Shown here: in pieces, positions 18,654 to 27,657 of the stretch
How positions within the stretch are numbered: position 1 is the stretch's first letter
Layout: every line of letters starts with the position of its first letter
NCBI GenBank assembly: GCA_965249215.1
Contig: CBDFLN010000002.1
Location: 305,180 to 369,179 of the forward strand
Reading direction: 5' to 3'
DNA: 64,000 nucleotides
Source: Dehalococcoidia bacterium
Lineage (GTDB): Bacteria; Chloroflexota; Dehalococcoidia; Lucifugimonadales; UBA3495
Notes under the pieces: generated by a model
Databases searched by the model: none
Seen by the model: only the letters and a program-made list of their open reading frames with translations
What the model was told of the DNA's origin: nothing
Made by a program: the position numbers and the translations under genes

Positions 18654-19394
18654 ATGCCGGATAGCGGGGAGCGGAACCGGCAAATTGCCCTCACAGTGCC
18701 CACCGGCCATTGTCGCCGGTGCAATAGCCGTTCCCGCCTGAACTATCTGGCCCTGCCGTCGCTTGTGAGACGCGGGGCTATCGTTGTCAAGGGCCGTTGC
18801 GAGGAATGCGGGCAACCCGTGGCGGCTTTCTACGCTGGTACACCAATGGACGATTTCCGGGGAGCGCGGCTGGCTCCCGAGTATCTCGCTTTCATGGTGA
18901 TGGGGATGCGGTCGGGCTATAAGGCGGGCCAAGAGGGCAGTCAAGCCCGCCGAAACGACGACATTCTGAGAGTTCAACAACGGCTCGGACTGAGTTACAG
19001 GGAGCTTTCCGCCTTGTTCAACCTAAGCATAGGCCGCGTGGGAGCTGCATTGGCGGATGCCCGAAGGCGAGCCGTTGACACTGAGTTACAGGACGAAATA
19101 CGCAAAGCCAGCAGGTCCAAGACGCTAGGCCAGTTGGCGGAGCAATTCGGGTTGAGCAAACAGGAAGTCCGGGACGCCATCGCCCAGGCTCGCAAACGCC
19201 AAGACGATGAGGACCAGGACGCTCGAATGCTGGCTTGGCGGGACGGCCGTTTGCGGGGGCGGCGAGGCCAGAGGAGCCGGACCAGTGGGTGGAGCTATGC
19301 TCGGATCGCCCGCAAATTCGACCTAGACCGAATGGAAGTCCGCGACCGAATAAGAGAGGCCCGCCGTAGGGCCGACAAAAAGACAGTCGCATAA
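18654..19394 (+). CDS. Zn-ribbon protein with three tandem HTH-like repeats, function unknown
   Basis: N-terminal CRRC..CEEC motif. Three similar segments follow: LSYRELSALFNLSIGRVGAALADARRRA, KTLGQLAEQFGLSKQEVRDAIAQARKR and WSYARIARKFDLDRMEVRDRIREARRRA. Confidence 0.6.
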   Translation: MPDSGERNRQIALTVPTGHCRRCNSRSRLNYLALPSLVRRGAIVVKGRCEECGQPVAAFYAGTPMDDFRGARLAPEYLAFMVMGMRSGYKAGQEGSQARRNDDILRVQQRLGLSYRELSALFNLSIGRVGAALADARRRAVDTELQDEIRKASRSKTLGQLAEQFGLSKQEVRDAIAQARKRQDDEDQDARMLAWRDGRLRGRRGQRSRTSGWSYARIARKFDLDRMEVRDRIREARRRADKKTVA

Positions 19395-19404
19395 GGAGAC
19401 AGAC

Positions 19405-20301
19405 ATGGCGAACACAGCTAATCAAACGCAATCCCAGCCACAGCCGGAAGCTCCGGCCCCGGCTTCACAGCCGGAGCAGCCCAAGGAGCAGCAGCCGGAG
19501 CAGCCAACAAACGATGCGCCGTCCAATGGGAGCGGCGATGGGCAAGGTGGGACTGTTGCCCAAGACAAGGCACAAGAGCCGGATGCTCGACCCAACCGCG
19601 AGCAAGGCGAGGGCGAGGGCCAGAGTGACGGTGACGGCGAGGGTGACGGCCAGGGCGAGGGCGACGGCGATGCCGAATCCCAGCAGCCCGCCAATCAGCA
19701 GTCGACGGCCAAACCCGCCCCTCGGCTACAGCTCGAGAATCAGGACGGCGGCGACCATGCCGGCGCAGACGGGGAGGATGGAGACCAAGAAGCCTACTCC
19801 GAAATGAAGGAATCGGCGGGTGGGGGAATGCTGGACTGGGCTGGCTTGGGTGGTGAAGGCCCGGGTGACAAAGAGGATGCCGACGCCGACGCCGATAGTG
19901 ACGACGTTGCGAGGTCCCAAGACGATGGCCCGTCTTTCCCAGAGCTGAGTGGCGGGCTTGGAGCCGGGCTGCTCGGCTTAAATGTGCCGGGCGAGGAACC
20001 CGCCGATCCCGATGGCGGTGGGGAACCCGACTCCGGCGACAACGGGGTCTTGGTGGACCGTCCAGCGAAACGCGAACGTGGACGGCGACAATTCCAGGCT
20101 GGGGACGATCCCGATGGCAAGGTTCACCGTGCGGCGCAGACCCTCGGCCAGCGTGGTGGGATTAAGAGCGGCCAATCCAGGCGGATCAAGAGCATCAAGA
20201 TCAAGAAACCGGAGACGCAGCCGGTTTCCCAGGGCGACGCGCCGAAACGACGCAGGCCGCCATGGTTCAACCCGCCGAGGCTGCCAGGCATGAAGGCATG
20301 A
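19405..20301 (+). CDS. Low-complexity acidic (D/E/G/Q/P-rich) protein with a basic C-terminal tail
   Basis: 298-aa ORF. AAGGAGA RBS lies before ATG 19405. It contains GEGEGQSDGDGEGDGQGEGDGD tracts and a C-terminal KRRRPPWFNPPR. Coding status rests on the RBS and on packing 10 bp after the previous gene. Confidence 0.45.
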   Translation: MANTANQTQSQPQPEAPAPASQPEQPKEQQPEQPTNDAPSNGSGDGQGGTVAQDKAQEPDARPNREQGEGEGQSDGDGEGDGQGEGDGDAESQQPANQQSTAKPAPRLQLENQDGGDHAGADGEDGDQEAYSEMKESAGGGMLDWAGLGGEGPGDKEDADADADSDDVARSQDDGPSFPELSGGLGAGLLGLNVPGEEPADPDGGGEPDSGDNGVLVDRPAKRERGRRQFQAGDDPDGKVHRAAQTLGQRGGIKSGQSRRIKSIKIKKPETQPVSQGDAPKRRRPPWFNPPRLPGMKA

Positions 20302-20505
20302 GAATTAGCTACCAACAGACACGCGTGGGGGCAAGTTCTGGTCAAGTCGTATCTGAGGGCGACTTGACCACCTTGACCACTCAGATACGGAAAGTGTGGC
20401 AAAGGTGGTTAACCATTTACCCGCAACGCAAGGGGAAATTGTCTAAGAGAAGACCAACAAAGCTATATAACTATTTCACTTTTGGCGGGGACTGAGGGAG
20501 GCTCA

Positions 20506-21774
20506 ATGGCCTACGACTTGAACCTATTCGCGCATCCTGGGCAGGCTCCCAAGATTCCACCGACTCGCCGGTGGGACGAAATGCCGGGGCGTCTGGTTGA
20601 CCCGGACGTGATTCGGAGCATGACCCCCGACGACCTGCACCGGGATCGCTGGACCATTGAGAAGCGAATTGAAATGTGGCAGAAAATCGAGGCGCAGCAC
20701 CAACGGTCCCGCGAGAAGAGCCCCGGCTATCCGGTGAGTAATGGGCTTTATATCCTGTCGGGGCCGATGGGTTCAGGCAAGAGCCTCTACGCGGTCTCAG
20801 TGGCCCTTGCTGCCCATGCGAAGTTGGCAATCCCGGTGTTCTCCCCGGTGAGCGCCGGGCTGCTGTTTGGCCGTCACATCACGCTTGAACAAATGTATCA
20901 GTTTCCCGACATACTTCCACAGGGAAGTATCTTGGTTTGTGATGAGATTGCGGCCCTGGCCGACGCCTCGGGTACTCAGGCTATGCGGAACCGGACCTTG
21001 GGCGCGTCGATGACCGCGTTCAGGAAAAGCCAAGGGTTAGTCCTGGGTGCAAGCGCGGCGGAATGGGCCATAGCGGGGAATCTTCGCGTCTCCGCCGAGG
21101 CGACAATAACGCCATCCCGGTATTGGCCGAAAAAGAGCGTGGTGGTGGGTTACACGAGCAAATGGGAAGAGATACGCCAAAGGGTTCCTCTAAAGCGGCA
21201 TGAGCTTGAATTTCCTGAGTTCTGCTATATGACCGTTAAAGGATTGAAGGTGCCGTGGGACCGGAGACGAATCCAAGAGGACTTCGAGCAGGAGCTACGA
21301 AAGGCACGTGCTCCGAAGCATCGCAGAGGGCCGGACGTAGACCTGTCCCGGTGGCACCCGATTAAGGTTGCCCCACCGTGGCCACAACTGGCCTACTGCG
21401 CCAGTGCGCTCTACGATACCTTTAGCCGCGTTCCGGTATCGGACCAACATTTTATCGACGCCGACCGAATCCGAGCGGCGGCTTATCAGGCCGAGGGCGC
21501 GGGCGACTCGGACGGCCTGACCTTCAGCGCCCGGGCATACGATTTCCTCCAGTGGAGCCTCGACACAAACCTTTACGACAACTCACTGGCAAAGGGGTAT
21601 GTCGAGTTCGAGCGATTGATGGAAGGGGCCATAGCCTTTGACGCTGCCACGTTCAAGGGCGTTCAGATGACGGCGTTCAAGCGGGCGATTCAGAAACATC
21701 TGCCGGACGCTTGCACCAGGAGGCGGGTGGAGATCGACGGGATCATGGCCCTGGCCGCCGGGAACAAATCATAA
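20506..21774 (+). CDS. P-loop NTPase (FtsK/TraB-like or Zot-like), possible DNA translocase
   Basis: Walker A LSGPMGSGKS and Walker B-like ILVCDEIAALAD. GAGGGAGG RBS lies before ATG 20506. Confidence 0.7.
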   Translation: MAYDLNLFAHPGQAPKIPPTRRWDEMPGRLVDPDVIRSMTPDDLHRDRWTIEKRIEMWQKIEAQHQRSREKSPGYPVSNGLYILSGPMGSGKSLYAVSVALAAHAKLAIPVFSPVSAGLLFGRHITLEQMYQFPDILPQGSILVCDEIAALADASGTQAMRNRTLGASMTAFRKSQGLVLGASAAEWAIAGNLRVSAEATITPSRYWPKKSVVVGYTSKWEEIRQRVPLKRHELEFPEFCYMTVKGLKVPWDRRRIQEDFEQELRKARAPKHRRGPDVDLSRWHPIKVAPPWPQLAYCASALYDTFSRVPVSDQHFIDADRIRAAAYQAEGAGDSDGLTFSARAYDFLQWSLDTNLYDNSLAKGYVEFERLMEGAIAFDAATFKGVQMTAFKRAIQKHLPDACTRRRVEIDGIMALAAGNKS

Positions 21775-21788
21775 CTACAGGAGGCTAT

Positions 21789-22304
21789 ATGCCAGACCTA
21801 AACCAGGGAGAACGCCCTTGCGGTTTCTGCGGTAGGCCGGGGAGGATTGGGACTTGTCCTCACAATATCGGGGAAGTCCTGGATTCCTATTTGACAATAG
21901 TGGACTCGCTGGCTGGCGACGATTCATTTCGTGGCCGACTTGCGGTTGGCGGGGCAGCCTCGCAGGCGCTGTTTGAGGCTATGGAATGGACGGGCGAGGC
22001 GGGCAATCTCTTGTTCGCATACGCCGGGCTTTCGAGAGAAGACCTAAGCGTTCAGCAGGACAGACACCCTTGCATGGTATGCGGCAGCCTCGTGCAAGAG
22101 GGAAGCCTAACGTGCCCGCACGAGGTTGGGCAAATTCTAGCCCGACTGCTGGTGGTTACGGAAAGGATGGTTGAGGACAACGCTTTTCGGGACTGGTGCA
22201 GGGATCACGGGGACGGCCCAATGGAACTATTGGAAGCAATGGAGTGGATGACCCGGGCGGGAGATCGCTTGTGTGCATTGGCCGAGATTCCAATAGCAAT
22301 GTGA
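21789..22304 (+). CDS. Internally duplicated Zn-ribbon protein, function unknown
   Basis: It has two copies of the pattern C-x2-CG..CPH..G..L....FR....L.EAMEW...AG..L.A. AGGAGG RBS lies before ATG 21789. Confidence 0.55.
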   Translation: MPDLNQGERPCGFCGRPGRIGTCPHNIGEVLDSYLTIVDSLAGDDSFRGRLAVGGAASQALFEAMEWTGEAGNLLFAYAGLSREDLSVQQDRHPCMVCGSLVQEGSLTCPHEVGQILARLLVVTERMVEDNAFRDWCRDHGDGPMELLEAMEWMTRAGDRLCALAEIPIAM

Positions 22305-22329
22305 AGAGCAGACTTAACTTGGAGGGCTT

Positions 22330-22536
22330 ATGTCGCTTTTAAGAGCTTGCCAGCTATGCGGCGACCTAGGGCTACTTCGTCCAGCCCCCGGTGGGGCTGC
22401 CGTCTGCAAGACCTGCTGGGGGGTCGCTAACCTGGCAGCGACGGCGAATCAGCTTGGCGTGGAAGAGGACCAGCTAATAGAAGCCCTGGGGGTTGCTGCT
22501 GCCACGCTGAAGGCGCAGCGTCTAGTGAGGGCGTAA
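22330..22536 (+). CDS. Small CxxC...CxxC protein, function unknown
   Basis: 68-aa ORF (CQLCGD..CKTCWG) with a GGAGGG RBS. It shares the Zn-ribbon theme of the preceding gene. Confidence 0.45.
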   Translation: MSLLRACQLCGDLGLLRPAPGGAAVCKTCWGVANLAATANQLGVEEDQLIEALGVAAATLKAQRLVRA

Positions 22537-22566
22537 GGCCCAACCAACAATCTAGTTGGAGGAATC

Positions 22567-22767
22567 ATGGGTAGGAAAATCGGTAGTGTCAGACCGGCAC
22601 AAAAGGCCGTCCGGCAACGGGCCGTCCGAGGCGGTAAGATCGGGACCGCCCGGGGTCGGGGGACAGCTTCACAGAAGGGAATTCGGCAAAAAGCTGTCCC
22701 TGCGCTGCGCTGGATCGGCAAGGCGGACGGGCTGGGCTATTACCGGACAATCAAGCGGCGGAAGTAG
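22567..22767 (+). CDS. Small, very basic protein, function unknown
   Basis: 66-aa ORF rich in K/R, with GGAGG 5 nt upstream of the ATG. Confidence 0.35.
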   Translation: MGRKIGSVRPAQKAVRQRAVRGGKIGTARGRGTASQKGIRQKAVPALRWIGKADGLGYYRTIKRRK

Positions 22768-23283
22768 GCCCAACCGGATTTCCGAAAATGAGACAAAAGA
22801 AGACATGGTGAGCGCCAACCCAGCGAAGGCACACCCATCCCCTGAACCTCAAGAGCAACCGAAGGGCGGATGGATCGATGGAGGTGAAGAGGACGATGCC
22901 GACGACCACTACCACCGGCCCTTGCGTTGCGGGCTTCGGAAGCGGCGGGAGGGCGGGGATTGGGCCATGCAGGAGGGGCTGTGCCTGAGGGACCTGGACG
23001 CTGCCATTGCGGTTGTAAGCACGAACTGCGGGACGGCGACGGGAGCGGTCCCGTTGTCTGGTGCGTGGATTGTGACGTGGAAGCGGACGGTTCCTGCGGC
23101 TCGCTGCCTGGGAATTGATGCGCCCATTACGAATACTCCTGCTGGTTTCGGCGGCACTGGCAGTTGTCTTGACGTTTGCGCCCTCGGCGGTCGCCTAGGG
23201 GCATGATGCACTGAACGCCCCAGGACGGACACGGAATTGGGACAGTAAGTCCAGGGGCGGCGCGTTCCGAAACCGGGGCGTCT

Positions 23284-24405
23284 ATGGTACAAAGATTGGG
23301 AAGCACATTCCTACTGCTTGGGCGGAGACTTAGAAGAATGTTCGGATTACAGGAAATCTTTGAATCTACTCTTGAAGACATGTCGCAGAAAGGAGACTTT
23401 GAGCACCTCACAGATGACGCAATGGAGTCAATGTCTACCGACGTGATTCTTGGCCTAGCCGCCGAAATCGCTGATTCCATGCTCGTAAGTCTCAAGAAAG
23501 ACGCCGAGTCTGGATTGGGAAGCCACAAACAAGACCGAAAAGACTTTGAGACTAGGCTTTATGGTCGCTGGAAGCACCCATTGGACCTTTTGGACCTGGC
23601 CATTGCAGTGAACACGGAGGCCGGGGATGAATTCAATCAGAAATTCCAGAATGATGCGGTGGATTCAGGTGATGCAGAGTTCGAGGCGCTCAGTAGATTG
23701 CATGCCAGAGCCTGTCAAGTGTCGAGCGAAGTACTCGCCCTATTGCACGCTGGGTTCGCCGATGGGGCACACGCCAGGTGGCGGTCTTTGCACGAGATGG
23801 CTGCTGTCGCCAGCATTATTCATGAACACGGCCAAGAATTGGCTGAACGGTATCTGTTACATGAAACCGTCCAGCAGTACAAGTTGGCCGTTGAGTACCA
23901 AAAGTCTTGGGGCCGGCTGGGAGTTGAGCCACCTTCCCAAGAGGACCTTGACACCTTGAAAGCACGCCATGACGAACTGATAACTAGGTTTGGTAAAAGG
24001 TTCAAAGAAGAATACGGCTGGGCCTCATCGGTAATTCGGAAAGGTGGTTCACCCACGATGCGAGACATCGAACAACACGTGCACTTGGACCACCTAAGAC
24101 CCTACTATCGGATGGCCAGTGACAATGTGCATCCAAACTCCCACGGAGCTTATTTTCGTTTGGGCCTTCACCCAGCTCGAGAGGAGACAGTGCTTCTTGC
24201 TGGTCCGAGCATTTTTGGTTTGGCTGATCCGGGACATTCCACTGCGATCTCACTAGGGCAGATAACGGCTAATCTGCTGGCAACCGAATCAGATCTTGAT
24301 TGCATTGTTATCCTCAAGGTCATCGAAGCATTAACGCACGGAGTTGGAGAGGCGTTCCTTAAAGTGCACCAGGAATTGGAAGCCATGGCAGCCAGCGATG
24401 CATAA
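23284..24405 (+). CDS. Hypothetical protein (possibly DUF5677-like), lower-GC cargo gene
   Basis: 373-aa ORF that is visibly AT-richer than its surroundings. An alternative start is ATG 23338. The family assignment is from memory only. Confidence 0.6.
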   Translation: MVQRLGSTFLLLGRRLRRMFGLQEIFESTLEDMSQKGDFEHLTDDAMESMSTDVILGLAAEIADSMLVSLKKDAESGLGSHKQDRKDFETRLYGRWKHPLDLLDLAIAVNTEAGDEFNQKFQNDAVDSGDAEFEALSRLHARACQVSSEVLALLHAGFADGAHARWRSLHEMAAVASIIHEHGQELAERYLLHETVQQYKLAVEYQKSWGRLGVEPPSQEDLDTLKARHDELITRFGKRFKEEYGWASSVIRKGGSPTMRDIEQHVHLDHLRPYYRMASDNVHPNSHGAYFRLGLHPAREETVLLAGPSIFGLADPGHSTAISLGQITANLLATESDLDCIVILKVIEALTHGVGEAFLKVHQELEAMAASDA

Positions 24406-24406
24406 G

Positions 24407-26125
24407 CCCGAATCCACCGAAGGAGGGCGTCGGGTTAGCGTCCTGAAGCGGCAAGAAGGTGCTCCTGTGCTTCTGGGATAATGGTTTTGTAGCAAAAAAC
24501 CGACCCCGGAAAAGGAGCACCCAATAGATGCTGCCACGCAACCACCCCGACCGGATCCAAATCACCTTCGACGACCGCCGCTTGGTGGCCAATGCCGGGC
24601 TGCTCCTTCCGGCCACCCTGGCGCGGCACCTCGGCCTGCCCGAACTCGTCCGGCAGCGCCTCGACCTGGGCGATGCCCCGGGGCGGGCGAACACGAGCGA
24701 CAAGATGATGACGCTGGTGGCGTCTGCGCTGGCTGGGGGCGACTGCATTGACGACGCCGATGTGTTGCGCACCGGGGGGACGGCCTGCACCCTGGGCGGC
24801 ACGGTCAAGGCGCCATCCACCCTGGGCACCTTCCTGCGCAGCTTCCGGTGGGGCCACGTCCGTCAACTCGACCGGGTGAGCCGCGAGTTGCTGGCCCGGG
24901 CTTGGCAGGCCGGGGCGGGACCCGGCGACGGGCCCCTGACCATTGACCTGGACTCCACCATCTGCGAGACCTACGGACTGGCCAAGGAGGGCGCACGCCA
25001 CCACGGCTATACCGGCAAGCGGGGCTATCACCCGCTGTTGGCCGTCGCCGCCGGCACCGGCGACGTGCTGATGTCCCGGCTGCGCGAGGGCCGCGCCAAC
25101 ACCGCCCGGGGCGCCGCCCACTTTCTGCGGGAGACGGTGGGGCGGGTACGCTACGCCGGGGCCAACGGACGACTCACGCTACGGGCCGACAGCGGGTTCT
25201 ACACTCATGGCGTGGTATCCGTCTGCCGCAAGATGGATGTCCGCTTCTCCATCACCATCCGCCAGCACAAGAGCCTGCGCAATCTCATCGAGACGATACC
25301 CGAGGATGCCTGGACTCCCATTCCCTACTGGATGGACGGCGCCGCCGATGTGGCCGAGACCACCTGCACTCCCTTCCAGAGTGAACCTGACGCCGCGCCG
25401 GTGCGGCTCATCGTCCGGCGTGTGAAGCCCACGCCCGGTTCCCAGTTGGCCCTCTTCGCCAAATACAGCTATCACGGCTTCATCACCGACCGGGACGGGG
25501 AGTTGCTCGAACTGGAGGCTGACCATCGCCGCCACGCCGAGATCGAGAATGCCATACGCGACCTCAAGTACGGCGTCGGGCTCAACCATCTCCCCTCGGG
25601 CCGCTTCGCCGCCAACGGCGCCTGGCTGGCCGTCCAGACGATGGCCCACAACCTGGCCCGCTGGACCGCGCGGATCGGTCTGGGAGAGCGGATAGCCACC
25701 ACCAAGACCCTCCGGCGGCGGTTCTTCTCCCTGGCCGGACGGCTCACCCGCTCGGCACGCCGGTTGACCCTGCATCTTCCGGATCGCTGGCCTTGGGCTG
25801 AGAAGTTCAGCCGCGCCTTGGCCCGGCTGCGAGCCATTCCACTCCCGGCCTGACGGCACCGTCGGCGACCGACCCACCCACCGGACAACCGAAGATCCCC
25901 GCAGACTCGCGCCAGCCCGGTCCGAGAGAGTTCCCTGCTGCGTATTCTCTCGCCATCCCGCGCATCGCAGCTCCTGCAGACGCCCATAGGGGCCCCTGTG
26001 CGGCGATGAAGACCGTCCGCCGACCTCCCTACCCCAAATGGAACCCAGGCTATTTCCCCTGTAGCTCCCTCATCCCCCTTCCGCTTTCCTCACGCCGTCC
26101 ATCGGTGTCCTTCGGTGGATTCGGG
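24407..26125 (+). mobile_element. IS1380-family insertion sequence (1719 bp)
   Basis: Perfect 17-bp terminal inverted repeats cccgaatccaccgaagg (24407-24423 and 26109-26125). They are flanked by the direct repeat ataag (24402-24406 and 26126-26130). Confidence 0.85.
24528..25853 (+). CDS. IS1380-family DDE transposase
   Basis: 441 aa. The N-terminus ..ITFDDRRLVANAGLLLPATLARHLGL is typical of IS1380 transposases. Confidence 0.9.
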   Translation: MLPRNHPDRIQITFDDRRLVANAGLLLPATLARHLGLPELVRQRLDLGDAPGRANTSDKMMTLVASALAGGDCIDDADVLRTGGTACTLGGTVKAPSTLGTFLRSFRWGHVRQLDRVSRELLARAWQAGAGPGDGPLTIDLDSTICETYGLAKEGARHHGYTGKRGYHPLLAVAAGTGDVLMSRLREGRANTARGAAHFLRETVGRVRYAGANGRLTLRADSGFYTHGVVSVCRKMDVRFSITIRQHKSLRNLIETIPEDAWTPIPYWMDGAADVAETTCTPFQSEPDAAPVRLIVRRVKPTPGSQLALFAKYSYHGFITDRDGELLELEADHRRHAEIENAIRDLKYGVGLNHLPSGRFAANGAWLAVQTMAHNLARWTARIGLGERIATTKTLRRRFFSLAGRLTRSARRLTLHLPDRWPWAEKFSRALARLRAIPLPA

Positions 26126-26248
26126 ATAAGACCCGGCCCGACAAAGTAATAACGACCGAAGCCCGCCGGAGGTCAGCGGATTCGGTGGAGTGGTTCCGTT
26201 TGCTTTTAGGGTGTTTAGTTTCGGGCACCTGTCCCACAGGAGGCTTGT

Positions 26249-27199
26249 ATGACCATGAATATGGGAACGCCAAATTACCCTGAAGGAGTCCCACATTGGA
26301 GTGCAAAGGAGCTAATTGCGCGAGAAATCCGTCATTCCTTGGACGCGAGCACATCTCGACAATCGCGCAGCTACGCTTCCCCCTCGATGCGGATGGTCCA
26401 AACGATCGTTGACACGGTTCCGGGGGCTGCGGTCAACTGGAATGATACATGGCCCTTTTGGTATGTAGGTTACAACGAACGGCCGCATGATGGGTGCGAA
26501 GGAGGCATTACCCTTGTTGACCTGGTTAGAGAAGTCGGGAAAACAGGCGAGGTGCGAGTGGAAGGTGATTGGCTAGAGTTCCGGCCAGACATAGCTATAT
26601 ACAGAGAAGGGAAGCCTAACCCTGCCTTCGTGTTTGAAGTAGTTGATACGTCCGAGCCAAGCCAAAGAAAGGTTGACGCGTTCAAAGCATCGACTGTTGA
26701 GGCTTATAAGCTCGACCTAAAGGACATTATTGGGCCTTTTCGCACATGGATAAACTACAACCCGATGCTCGTAGAGCCTTTGGTGGTAAATCACTGTGGC
26801 CAAGCTCAACGAGCCATGGTGACCAATGTAATCCACTATTGGGACAACCTGCTGCTTGAGCAAGGGCTTTGGCCATGGATTGGCTATTACCATTACCCAA
26901 CAGGGGTGAGGGAATATGGATACGGTGGTACTAAGCGATGGCCTGATGGCGACAATGGATGGACATACGGAGATCGTGAGGTTGTCGGACTTCAAAGGGA
27001 CCATGCTGATTGGGGGCAGCCCATGCGGCTTATGCCGGAAGGCCAGGCCAGGACTCTAAGTAAATCGGATTGGCTGGATTGCTTGGCCTATCTACGGTTG
27101 TCTGCCGCCGGACTGTACAGCCAAGGGGAATTAGACGACCCGTTTATGATGGCCATTGGTAAGTATGGCGCAGAAGTAATGGCGTATGCCTATCCGTAA
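26249..27199 (+). CDS. Hypothetical protein with a possible PD-(D/E)xK-like motif, lower-GC cargo gene
   Basis: 316-aa ORF. RPDIAIY-x10-FVFEVVDTSEPSQRK resembles a restriction-endonuclease-fold core. This is a weak call made by eye. Confidence 0.5.
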   Translation: MTMNMGTPNYPEGVPHWSAKELIAREIRHSLDASTSRQSRSYASPSMRMVQTIVDTVPGAAVNWNDTWPFWYVGYNERPHDGCEGGITLVDLVREVGKTGEVRVEGDWLEFRPDIAIYREGKPNPAFVFEVVDTSEPSQRKVDAFKASTVEAYKLDLKDIIGPFRTWINYNPMLVEPLVVNHCGQAQRAMVTNVIHYWDNLLLEQGLWPWIGYYHYPTGVREYGYGGTKRWPDGDNGWTYGDREVVGLQRDHADWGQPMRLMPEGQARTLSKSDWLDCLAYLRLSAAGLYSQGELDDPFMMAIGKYGAEVMAYAYP

Positions 27200-27367
27200 G
27201 CTAGGGAAGGAATCAAACCCTTAAGGCAAACGGAACCGGTGGAGTCGCGATAGTCGCCCCAGCGTAATGGACGCTGTGAAGCTTAAAACGGGCGATTGTT
27301 GGTCGGGCTGACCGTACCCCCGAAAACAGTAGCAGTGGCAAAGAGAGTCCTCCGGGTAAAATAGGAC

Positions 27368-27649
27368 ATGGAAGGAGGACTCATGGCACGGAAGAGGTAC
27401 ACCGAGGAGCAGATCATAGCGGTCCTGAACGAGGCGGAGGCAGGGGCCAAGACTGGGGAGTTGTGTCGCAGGCACGGCATGAGCGAGGGCGCCTTCTACA
27501 AGTGGAAGGCCAAGTACGCTGGGCTGACGCTGAACGAGTTGAAGAGGCTGAGGTCCCTTGAGGAAGAGAACCGGCGTCTTAAGCAGATTGTGGCCCAGCA
27601 GGCGTTGGACAACTGGTCTCTTAAGGAGTTGCTGGCAAAAAACTTCTGA
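27368..27649 (+). CDS. IS3-family transposase OrfA (HTH)
   Basis: ..MARKRYTEEQIIAVLNEAEAGAKTGELCRRHGMSEGAFYKWKAKY.. plus a leucine-zipper-like C-terminus. The likely start is ATG 27383. Confidence 0.9.
   Translation: MEGGLMARKRYTEEQIIAVLNEAEAGAKTGELCRRHGMSEGAFYKWKAKYAGLTLNELKRLRSLEEENRRLKQIVAQQALDNWSLKELLAKNF
27637..27643 (+). promoter_or_regulatory. Programmed -1 frameshift slippery site (A AAA AAC) joining orfA and orfB
   Basis: An A6C run lies just before the orfA stop. orfB is in the -1 frame relative to orfA, as in IS3-family elements. Confidence 0.7.
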
Positions 27650-27657
27650 AGCCCAAG

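Noticed and set aside
19422-20402. Antisense ORFs across the acidic low-complexity gene
   Set aside because: They are mirror-image low-complexity frames of the GA/GC-rich repeats, without start signals.
22556-23292. 216-aa (+) and 127-aa (-) ORFs between the small basic ORF and the lower-GC gene
   Set aside because: They conflict with each other and neither has a convincing RBS or motif. A short CxC...CxxC frame (22927-23118) is noted but could not be supported.
24435-25987. Long minus-strand ORFs (228, 232 and 171 aa) inside the IS1380 element
   Set aside because: They are antisense to the clearly recognisable transposase gene and are compositional artefacts.
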